Source of the DNA: Candidatus Saccharimonadota bacterium
GTDB taxonomy: Bacteria > Bacteroidota > Bacteroidia > Cytophagales > Amoebophilaceae
DNA length: 32,000 bases
NCBI RefSeq assembly: GCF_965196625.1
Contig: NZ_OZ239769.1
Coordinates: 60,001 to 92,000, forward strand
Reading direction: 5' to 3'
Positions 20,778 to 28,035 of the stretch are shown here, piece by piece (position 1 is the first letter of the stretch; each line of letters opens with the position of its first letter). Both the position numbers and the translations under genes were made by a program. The notes under the pieces were generated by a model. That model did not search any database. It was not told the origin of the DNA and saw only the letters and a program-made list of their open reading frames with translations.

Positions 20778-21539
20778 ATGCAATTTATTGATACCCACGC
20801 ACATATATATGACCTTACGGCTCCATTGCCACTGGTTTTAGAAAGGGCAACACAAAACCATATTACAAAAATCTATATGCCCAATATAGATGAAGAGACG
20901 ATCGAAAGCATGATGGATATAGCCGCATTATATCCGTACTGCCTGCCTATGATGGGCATCCATCCTTGCCACGTAAAAAAAGATTTTACGAAACAGCTCT
21001 ACCAAGTAGAGGAATGGCTTGGTAAAGGCACTTTTATAGCAGTGGGTGAAATTGGCATAGACCTATACCATGATACTGCTTTGCTTGCGGAACAACAAGA
21101 AGCATTTAGCATTCAACTGGCTTTAGCCAAGCGCTATCAGCTTCCTGTTTCCATTCACTGCAGAAATGCGTTTAAAGAGGTATTGGCATTATTGGAACAA
21201 GCGCAAGATGGTGACCTAAGAGGAGTAATCCACTGCTTTACAGGCAGTTTGCAAGAAGCAGAACAATGTATAGCCCTAGGTTTTGCGCTAGGGATTGGTG
21301 GTATCATTACGATACTGAAAAGTGGATTAGCAGCAACCATAGCCGCTATAGACCTTAAACATTTGGTCTTAGAGACGGACAGCCCTTACCTAACCCCAGC
21401 ACCCTTTCGCGGCAAACCCAATGAGCCAAGCTATTTACGCTACACAGCAGAAACACTAGCAACGATCAAAGCAGTACCCTTAACAGAAGTAGCAGCGATC
21501 ACTACGCAAAATGCTGAAAAGATCTTTGAACGCATCTAA
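20778..21539 (+). CDS. tatD: TatD-family metal-dependent hydrolase/DNase
   Basis: FIDTHAHIY, GEIGIDLY, VSIHCR, VIHCFTG and LETDSPYLTPAPFRGKPNEPSY are all TatD/YcfH signature blocks. Confidence 0.92.
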   Translation: MQFIDTHAHIYDLTAPLPLVLERATQNHITKIYMPNIDEETIESMMDIAALYPYCLPMMGIHPCHVKKDFTKQLYQVEEWLGKGTFIAVGEIGIDLYHDTALLAEQQEAFSIQLALAKRYQLPVSIHCRNAFKEVLALLEQAQDGDLRGVIHCFTGSLQEAEQCIALGFALGIGGIITILKSGLAATIAAIDLKHLVLETDSPYLTPAPFRGKPNEPSYLRYTAETLATIKAVPLTEVAAITTQNAEKIFERI

Positions 21540-21566
21540 TAAGTTGCTTTTCCGCTCGCTGAATCC

Positions 21567-23027
21567 TTAGACTATAGGCACATTAATCCATTTATGATTT
21601 GCTTCATCCCAAGTAAACAATCTTGGTTGCGCAATATGGACCGCATACTCGACATAGGCCTTTGATGGCCTAGGGCCTAAGTGTAATGCAGTACCAAATG
21701 CATAAAAAGGAGATAAATCAGTATATTCTATAGTAAAGTATTTTTTAGCGATTAATGATGGAATCACTTCTACCAGTTCTTTCAGGTTAGACACTAATTT
21801 TGCATTAAAAGATAGCACTTTAAGCCTAAAATCATGCTTAGCCCTATCGGGGGAAACATGACTAAAAATATGGTTGGCATCTGCATAAAAAAAAGTCAAG
21901 CTTTTATCAGGTATACCACTTATTTGAGCAACATAATCATCCATTTCAAAAAAGATTGCCCCTCCAAAATGGACCATTTTAGTGATTTTATGGAGGTTAA
22001 GATCATAAAGGCCCACTTTGATATCATGCCACTGACCCATTCTAAAAATGGTTAATACCACCTCATCTTTAGTAGCCTTATTCATAGCCATATCAAAATC
22101 AACCAAATTAGGGCCTATTTGCTGGCCATTAATGGCCCAAACTACATCTCCAGGCAAGAGCAAACCAGCTGCAGGGCTACCCGCTAAGAGATGATCTACT
22201 GCAATAATAGAGGTGGCGCCACTGGGAAATCGCTTGATATATGCTTGTTGGACAGATGGCTCCAACCCATCATACCGAACTAAATCTTTAATAGGTATAG
22301 CTTTAGTAATAACGCCAACTTGTCTCCTAACAGGAGATTTACCTTTCCGAATAGCGGACAAAGCATACCGAATATATTCAGGATGGATCGCAAAGCCAAA
22401 TGTTTGATTAACAGCATAATTCAGCGCTATGGCCTGCCCCTGCCTATTAAAAATAGGCGAACCACTTGACCCACCTTTGGTATTTAAACTCAGCTTAATC
22501 GATTGCTGAGGCATAGCGCCTCCAATCTCATACAAATCTGCTACGACCCCTGTATGCAAAGAAAAGCTATACCCTTCATTATTCCCAACGATAAAAATAG
22601 GCTGATCCATAACGGGATTACAAGGACTAAAGATGGTTTCAGTCACCTCTTGTGGAATAGATGTAGGTGCAACTTGTAAAAATCCATAATCCAACCATGG
22701 ATCATAATAGACCAAATGGGCATCTTGTTGGATGCCATTAAAAAAGGTCACTTGGTAGCTACCCACTACCGCAGCGCCTATTACATGCTGGTTGGTTAAG
22801 ATATATCCATTTTTTTTATCTACCACACAACCCGTTCCATTCCACTTGCTGCCTTTACCATAAGCTGCAAAAGAAGCATTGACTGAAATGGTGACTACTG
22901 ATTTTTTAGCCTGCTCAATGCATTTTTCAGAAAACGCCTCCTTAGCGAAAAGCATAGGCGCATGGCATAAAAAGGCAAAAAGCATCACCCAACATTTAGG
23001 TTTTAAAAAATTCATTTTCATAAGCAT
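21567..23027 (-). CDS. Secreted trypsin-fold serine protease with two PDZ-like domains (HtrA/Nma111-like), catalytic triad intact
   Basis: A signal peptide MKMNFLKPKCWVMLFAFLCHAPMLFA is present. The triad is His in GYILTNQHVIG, Asp in LDYGFLQV, and Ser in TKGGSSGSPIFN. The first PDZ has LLAGSPAAGLLLPGDVVWAINGQQIG. A second PDZ-like region has FGGAIFFEMDD...LSFNAKLVSNLKELVEVI. Confidence 0.85.
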   Translation of the reverse strand: MLMKMNFLKPKCWVMLFAFLCHAPMLFAKEAFSEKCIEQAKKSVVTISVNASFAAYGKGSKWNGTGCVVDKKNGYILTNQHVIGAAVVGSYQVTFFNGIQQDAHLVYYDPWLDYGFLQVAPTSIPQEVTETIFSPCNPVMDQPIFIVGNNEGYSFSLHTGVVADLYEIGGAMPQQSIKLSLNTKGGSSGSPIFNRQGQAIALNYAVNQTFGFAIHPEYIRYALSAIRKGKSPVRRQVGVITKAIPIKDLVRYDGLEPSVQQAYIKRFPSGATSIIAVDHLLAGSPAAGLLLPGDVVWAINGQQIGPNLVDFDMAMNKATKDEVVLTIFRMGQWHDIKVGLYDLNLHKITKMVHFGGAIFFEMDDYVAQISGIPDKSLTFFYADANHIFSHVSPDRAKHDFRLKVLSFNAKLVSNLKELVEVIPSLIAKKYFTIEYTDLSPFYAFGTALHLGPRPSKAYVEYAVHIAQPRLFTWDEANHKWINVPIV

Positions 23028-23093
23028 TTTTAATTTTAAAGAGCTCTTAAGCTCATCTAAACCAATCTATAGACTTCTTTCGAAACGCGATGG

Positions 23094-24587
23094 CTAATGG
23101 CCATTTTTTGGTTGCAGCTGGTCTATGCCGGTTAAAACAATGTCTTGACCTTTCCATTCGAGATGGATGGGATCCCACGCCCAAACCTTGGGTGGTGCTA
23201 AGTTAGCGTCATATTCTACATCGACCTTATAACGATTGTAGGAAAATGAATAGAAAACCCCATGTTCCATTGGCAAGTGATTGATGTACGCAACTGTAAA
23301 GTATTTTTCATGCACCAATTGGGGAATCAGTGCAATCAATGCATCCAATGTTTGAACAGGCTTACCATTAATCGCCAAACATTCCATACCTAAAAGGCTA
23401 AAACGCTCCCGTGGCCAAGCAGGTACTTTGAAAATAGTATTCGATTCTGCAATACAGGCAACCAATGTTTTAGGTGCAAGACCGGTCAGTGTACTAAAGA
23501 AATCATCTGTTTCAAAAAAAGTAGCACCACCAAATTGAACCATTTTAGTTATGCGATGGCTGTTTAAGTCGTAAGGAGCTATCGCAACATCATGAAAAGC
23601 GCCTTGTCTAAAAATGGTTAAGCACAGTTGGTCCTTCGATTTATCAAGCGCTCTATCAAAATCTACTAGATTAGGGCCAACGAACTGACCATCAAGTGCC
23701 CAAATTAAATCCCCAGGTAAAAGCTTACCGGCTGCTGGTGTGCCTTTTAGTATACTATCTACTTGCAAAACTTTATTTTTTGCATCTTTAAATTTTGTGA
23801 TGTATGCTTTTTGCGAGACCGGGTCAAGGTGGTCGTAACGAACGGCATCATCTAGTGAATAGGTAGTTAGTAAAGCACCAATATGCTTTCTAACGGGGTG
23901 TTTTTTCTGCTTTAAGAAAGGCAACACATGCGCTATATAGCTTAGCGGTAAGCCGACATCCATGGTAGCTGACCCAGCACAATTTAAGGCAATACCTTCT
24001 CCAGCAGCATTGAAAATCAAAGAACCAGTTGCGCCACTTTTGCTAGGCATACCCACACGAATAAAGTGCTGCGGCATGGTCCATGGCATACTATAATTCA
24101 GATCATCTATGCTGCCCGTATAGAGTACAGCAGGCTTGTCTTTTGCTTTAGCAACCGTAAAAACAGACTGACCCAACAATGGGTTTTTACTACTGAACTT
24201 TACCGCCTGAATTTCTTTAGGAAGCAGGGATGGATCGACCTGTAGCAGGGCAAAATCTGCCCAAGTATCGTAATAGAGCAATTTGGCTGGAGCCTCTACC
24301 CCATTAAAAAAGCCAACGGTATAATCTGCAACCATACAAGGTCCAATATTCATACCAGAAGTTAAAATATAGCCTAGTTGCTTATCTATTACAACGCCAT
24401 TGCCATACCACTCTCCAGGCGGACTATAAGCAGAAACGGCTGCACGGCTCTCAATACAGACAACAGACTGCTTGGCATTTTTAATGACATTAGGTTTAAA
24501 TGCTGTAGCCTTACCATAAGAAGTGGAATAAGCGCACACGGCTAAAAAGCCCCCTAAAATAGCAGATAAAAGATTTTTATAACGCAT
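23094..24587 (-). CDS. Paralogue of the adjacent protease with catalytic His and Ser substituted (predicted pseudoprotease), signal peptide retained
   Basis: It is collinear with 21567..23027 over its full length. GYILTSGMNIG aligns to GYILTNQHVIG (His to Met). SKSGATGSLIFN aligns to TKGGSSGSPIFN (Ser to Thr, Pro to Leu). Asp is retained (ADFALLQV), and the PDZ blocks are conserved (LKGTPAAGKLLPGDLIWALDGQFVG). Confidence 0.8.
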   Translation of the reverse strand: MRYKNLLSAILGGFLAVCAYSTSYGKATAFKPNVIKNAKQSVVCIESRAAVSAYSPPGEWYGNGVVIDKQLGYILTSGMNIGPCMVADYTVGFFNGVEAPAKLLYYDTWADFALLQVDPSLLPKEIQAVKFSSKNPLLGQSVFTVAKAKDKPAVLYTGSIDDLNYSMPWTMPQHFIRVGMPSKSGATGSLIFNAAGEGIALNCAGSATMDVGLPLSYIAHVLPFLKQKKHPVRKHIGALLTTYSLDDAVRYDHLDPVSQKAYITKFKDAKNKVLQVDSILKGTPAAGKLLPGDLIWALDGQFVGPNLVDFDRALDKSKDQLCLTIFRQGAFHDVAIAPYDLNSHRITKMVQFGGATFFETDDFFSTLTGLAPKTLVACIAESNTIFKVPAWPRERFSLLGMECLAINGKPVQTLDALIALIPQLVHEKYFTVAYINHLPMEHGVFYSFSYNRYKVDVEYDANLAPPKVWAWDPIHLEWKGQDIVLTGIDQLQPKNGH

Positions 24588-24612
24588 ATTAATAATATAA
24601 TTAACTAATGTA

Positions 24613-24713
24613 TAGGTTCATACGATGGCGTAAACTTAAAGAACTTGTAAGTTCCCTTTACTTCGCACCAACTTTTTATCGGCGGCCATCAGCGCTTTAA
24701 GTTGACGCAATTG
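24613..24713. repeat. Copy of the dispersed intergenic repeat family, located between the CIS operon and the protease genes
   Basis: 24671..24713 (TTTTTATCGGCGGCCATCAGCGCTTTAAGTTGACGCAATTG) matches 15602..15643. The reverse complement of 24613..24640 (CTTTAAGTTTACGCCATCGTATGAACC) matches 11820..11848 (CCTTAAGTTAACGCCATTGGATGAACGG). Confidence 0.7.
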
Positions 24714-24754
24714 TCTATTCATAATAGGTAAAAAAAGAATTTGTATCTTGCTTT

Positions 24755-26056
24755 CTAAATCTTTCTGCCTAATTCTTTTCCAGTTTCATATACCTTCTTG
24801 GGTAGTACCTTCTTAGCAAATTTTTGCATCCGCCTCCAAAAACTGGCTTTTTCCTTCATACCCTCTAATTTTGCTTTTAGATCCAACCCTTTACGCAAAC
24901 TATCCGCTCCACTTGCTGCGGCTGCCGCAGCTGCTGCACTACCCGCTACACCAGCAGCTGCAATATTGCCCGCTTTAAAACGACTACCTTGCTCTGCAGC
25001 GCTACCACCACCTGTTCCAGCACCAAGGGTTGCACTACTTTTTGCAGATTTAGCCGGACTACTGCCTGCTGAAGGGCTGCTACCAGCTGCGCCAGATTTA
25101 GTTGAACCGCTACCCTTTCCAGGAACAGCAGCCCCTCCAGATCCAGATATAGGTGCACCACTACCCGGTCCATGCCCTCCTCCACCAATGCCACCGCCAC
25201 TGCCACCAGGCCCATTACCAGCCACACCGCCTTTATTCGGACCGCTAGGAGCAAGAGCAGCACCAGGCCTAGAAGAATGAGCAGCGCCCACACCAGAATC
25301 ATAACCGCTAGAACCACTCGAGTCAACATTCGAAACAGAAGGATGAGAACGCGCACCACCACTAGATGAAGCATAAACCGGCCCACCAGCACCATTTGAT
25401 CCATGATAAACCTGATCAGGCCCTCCATCATAGGCACCAGGTGGCGCACCACTATAAGCGCCAATACCATTAGGGGTGGGTGCAAAAGACTCCTGACCAG
25501 GTGTATCTTGGCTAGAATGAGCTTTTCGATTTGAAGTGGCATTTGCACCAGATGGCTTGGCGTAATCGCTATCCACACCAGCGGCAGATTTGCCCGTTCC
25601 TACAGGAACCAGCTCTTCCAATACAACTATATGTGCCTCTGCTCGAACCAGTGTACCATCTACTTGGAACATAGAATAGACGATATTTAAATCTTGTAGC
25701 CTACCTTTAAAATCAATTTGCCCCCAGATGACACGGATGTAATTAGGCGCATTGTTTTTTTTATGGATGCTATAGGCAACATCTTGCAATTGCTTAACTT
25801 GTTCCATAACCGCAATGGCATTGCTGCCAGGTATAATACCGGTATTGTCAAACAAAAGGCTAAAAGAAAGCAACTTTGGAGAAGAGCCACGGTATTTAAG
25901 CGCATTATAATTCGCTATTCCATGAGGCACACCATAAGATACTGCACTTTTGATCGCTAAGTTCTCTGGATTAATAGATGTAATAAACTCTCCTGTAAAA
26001 GAGGAAAATTTATTATCACTACATCCTTTAATAACGAGTTTACTAACTTTGCTCAT
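24755..26056 (-). CDS. Contractile-injection-system tube-initiator-like protein (Afp7/Pvc7-type N-domain) fused to a long Gly/Ser/Ala/Pro-rich low-complexity region and a basic C-terminal helix; no LysM
   Basis: The N-terminal ~150 aa reads KLVIKGCSDNKFSSFTGEFITSINPENL...LLSFSLLFDNTGIIPGS...APNYIRVIWGQIDFKGRLQDLNIVYSMFQVDGTLVRAEAHIVV. This follows the Afp7-family pattern (K.tI.ay.d..f....f.v.iNPes, LsfeflfDgTGv, rPnyl.l.WG...fkc.l.sl.i.YtlF..dGtPlRAka). Residues ~155-385 are G/S/A/P-rich. The tail is KGLDLKAKLEGMKEKASFWRRMQKFAKKVLPKKVYETGKELGRKI. Confidence 0.75.
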   Translation of the reverse strand: MSKVSKLVIKGCSDNKFSSFTGEFITSINPENLAIKSAVSYGVPHGIANYNALKYRGSSPKLLSFSLLFDNTGIIPGSNAIAVMEQVKQLQDVAYSIHKKNNAPNYIRVIWGQIDFKGRLQDLNIVYSMFQVDGTLVRAEAHIVVLEELVPVGTGKSAAGVDSDYAKPSGANATSNRKAHSSQDTPGQESFAPTPNGIGAYSGAPPGAYDGGPDQVYHGSNGAGGPVYASSSGGARSHPSVSNVDSSGSSGYDSGVGAAHSSRPGAALAPSGPNKGGVAGNGPGGSGGGIGGGGHGPGSGAPISGSGGAAVPGKGSGSTKSGAAGSSPSAGSSPAKSAKSSATLGAGTGGGSAAEQGSRFKAGNIAAAGVAGSAAAAAAAASGADSLRKGLDLKAKLEGMKEKASFWRRMQKFAKKVLPKKVYETGKELGRKI

Positions 26057-26074
26057 AACTACAGATGAATAATT

Positions 26075-26248
26075 TTACCTTGCTTCCCGATCTTCTAGCA
26101 AGTGTAACAAGTCTCTGGCTAGTTCTATTCTTTGCTGCTCCGTAGTATTCGATCCAAGACCATCTAATGTAGTCTTATCATGCTCCCCTTGCACATTGCT
26201 TTCATAAACCTTAACCTGGATGACTAGTTCATTAATTTTAACAGGCAT
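26075..26248 (-). CDS. Small CIS protein, Afp6/Pvc6-like (DUF5908-type); start moved to the internal Met
   Basis: From the ATG at 26248 it reads MPVKINELVIQVKVYES.... The MPIxIxELxIxxxV opening and the ~57-aa size match the small conserved protein found between the tube and Afp7 genes in eCIS loci. The longer 75-aa ORF start (26302) is less likely. Confidence 0.6.
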   Translation of the reverse strand: MPVKINELVIQVKVYESNVQGEHDKTTLDGLGSNTTEQQRIELARDLLHLLEDREAR

Positions 26249-26339
26249 AATCCATAAAATTAGTTTTGCATCTCCCTTTTGAAACCGCTTTTTAAATAGC
26301 AACTTTTTTGCCGAAGCTGTGGCCTATACTCCATAGATA

Positions 26340-26798
26340 CTACTTGGTTCGTACAAGTCTAGAATAGCCAATCGTAATGGTTTCCCCTACGCCAAATTCT
26401 GTTGGACCACTTAGCTGAAAGGGAGTGATGGCTATACCCTTTGGATAAACATCCTCTATCTTCCACTGTGCCAGGATCTTACCCTCTTTATTAAGGACCA
26501 AAATATGGGCCTGGGTAAGTTTAAAAAGGCCTTTATCAATGGCTTCTTCGCACCAAAGGGTTATTTTGGTTTTACCTTCTACTAAGGGCCTGGTCAAGAT
26601 TAAATCAGTAGTATCACATGCATTGGATCTATAATAAGGCCTATTAGCCCCCCCGGGTAGATAGGCTTCCATACTCAAAGAATTATTTAACCCTTCTACC
26701 TTATAGAAATATTCTGGGGAACTACCATCTGTAATACCCAATACTTCTACTCGAAAAGAATGCGAATGCACTACATTAAAATCAGCCATACCTATCAA
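26340..26798 (-). CDS. Contractile tail/CIS inner tube protein (T4 gp19 / Afp1-Afp5 family)
   Basis: HSFRVEVLGITDG...YFYKVEGLNNSLSMEAYLPGGANRPYY......DLILTRPLVEGKTKITLWCEEAI follows the gp19-family pattern (F.v.i.g....f..vsGL..e.e..ey.eGG.n.......yp.L.L.RG......l..W). The start could be the Met at 26789 (MADFNVV). Confidence 0.85.
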   Translation of the reverse strand: MIGMADFNVVHSHSFRVEVLGITDGSSPEYFYKVEGLNNSLSMEAYLPGGANRPYYRSNACDTTDLILTRPLVEGKTKITLWCEEAIDKGLFKLTQAHILVLNKEGKILAQWKIEDVYPKGIAITPFQLSGPTEFGVGETITIGYSRLVRTK

Positions 26799-26821
26799 AA
26801 CAATGTTAAAACCATTATGCG

Positions 26822-26970
26822 CTTAGACTTCTTTCGAAACTCGCTTGTGCTGAGGAATTTGTAGAAGACACGGAGTGCAAAACCGCAGCGTACTAGATAT
26901 ACGTAAGGATTTTAGCAACCGGATCGACAAGCAAATTACCAGCAGAAGTTAGCATTTCAAAAGAAATCTA
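26822..26970. repeat. ~150-nt imperfect palindrome filling the intergenic gap between two CIS genes
   Basis: The outer arms TAGACTTCTTTCGAAAC (26823-26839) and CATTTCAAAAGAAATCTA (26953-26970) pair. The inner arms TTGTGCTGAGGAATTTG and CAAATTACCAGCAGAAG pair at ~15/17 with one bulge. The centre is near 26895. See the finding. Confidence 0.7.
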
Positions 26971-27426
26971 TTACTTTTTATCTGGATTCAAGCCTTCTAA
27001 AGTAAAGCGTATACGGATATAGCCCATTTCACCTGTAGCCTCGTTCTTTCTATTTAAAAACAACTCTGCTTTTTGTACGATAACATCATTTACAGTTGTT
27101 TTAGTATCTATTGAACCATCTTTTTTATGTACACAAAGGGTAAATGGTGCTGCCTCATACTTGTCCTCAAGCACTTCCTGTACCAAACTATATGCTTTTA
27201 CTAATAACTCTTTCCCAGTTATAAAGGGTAAAAACTCTACAGTAAAAGCTACCACTTCTTGTGCACTATGTTGATTCTGAAAAAGGGGTGCTTTGGTTGC
27301 TGTATCATATACAGCTGCTTTAGTAGATACTTTTTGATTGGGCATCCCAACAGCTGAAACACTACAGGTCTTGCTATCAAAGCCTGCTTTATTAAAGTGT
27401 TTATAGTCAATAGTTACTCTTTGCAT
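26971..27426 (-). CDS. CIS-operon protein of unknown family, 151 aa; possibly a divergent tube/Hcp(TssD)-fold paralogue
   Basis: It sits in the operon between the sheath and the gp19-type tube, and its size is tube-like. The C-terminal ...EMGYIRIRFTLEGL resembles the C-terminal strand of Bacteroidota TssD/Hcp-like proteins. The assignment is weak. Confidence 0.4.
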   Translation of the reverse strand: MQRVTIDYKHFNKAGFDSKTCSVSAVGMPNQKVSTKAAVYDTATKAPLFQNQHSAQEVVAFTVEFLPFITGKELLVKAYSLVQEVLEDKYEAAPFTLCVHKKDGSIDTKTTVNDVIVQKAELFLNRKNEATGEMGYIRIRFTLEGLNPDKK

Positions 27427-27487
27427 AATATCTCAAATTCTAGTTAAACTGCTTAATATCCGAAAACTCCATCATGAACACAGCAAG

Positions 27488-27952
27488 CTATTTTTTAATT
27501 ACAAAACTAACTGGATCATAAACAGCAAGATCGGCAGTCACTTCCTGAAGTCCCGTTTCATCATCTACCTCGCTGCTCATCTCACTAACATAACCCTGGA
27601 ATTGTATATGTGTAAATGGTTTATCATCATTGGTGGCAATGCTAAAAAGCATATTTTCCACATATTTTTTAGGATCATTCTCCTTCGTGGCATCTAGGTT
27701 TTTTTCTATTTTCTTAATATCATCATCAAATTTCTTATCTGGTGTTTTAAGTACAGAAACCTTAATATCAGTTGCTTGCCCAATCTCTCCTCCTTTTCGT
27801 ATCGCATAGACGGATTTACCTTGTGCATTAATTGATCTAACATATTGGGATCCATTCTCTAAAGAAATAGCTATGTGGTAATCCGTTATACTAACCTTCG
27901 AAGAGCCTAAATTAAAATGGACTATAGCAGGTATCAGCAAATTCTCAGCCAT
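27488..27952 (-). CDS. CIS-operon protein of unknown family, ~154 aa from the Met at 27952; possibly a divergent tube/Hcp-fold paralogue
   Basis: It lies immediately downstream of the sheath gene, where Afp-type loci place a tube gene. It begins MAENLLIPAIVHFNLGSSKVSITDYHIAISLENG... and is rich in beta-strand patterns. The ORF-track start (27991) adds 13 poorly plausible residues. Confidence 0.4.
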   Translation of the reverse strand: MAENLLIPAIVHFNLGSSKVSITDYHIAISLENGSQYVRSINAQGKSVYAIRKGGEIGQATDIKVSVLKTPDKKFDDDIKKIEKNLDATKENDPKKYVENMLFSIATNDDKPFTHIQFQGYVSEMSSEVDDETGLQEVTADLAVYDPVSFVIKK

Positions 27953-28035
27953 GGTTGTTTTAGTTTTAAATGTTTTTAAAGTTATAAACAAAATATAGGG
28001 GGTAATATACCCCCTATAGACGCATACCTAAATGG

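Noticed and set aside
21567-24587. The two proteases as cargo or effectors of the contractile system
   Set aside because: Both carry classical Sec-type signal peptides, which implies periplasmic or surface export, and HtrA-type proteases are usually envelope quality-control factors. Adjacency alone does not support cargo status. I kept the pair as a separate finding for the active/dead pairing only.
24798-25578. Overlapping ORFs 24798..25280 (+), 24946..25578 (-) and 25172..25369 (+)
   Set aside because: All fall within the GC-rich low-complexity segment of the Afp7-like gene, where stop codons are rare in every frame. Their products are Ala/Pro or Leu/Val homopolymer-like. Only the frame that continues from the conserved Afp7 N-domain makes sense.
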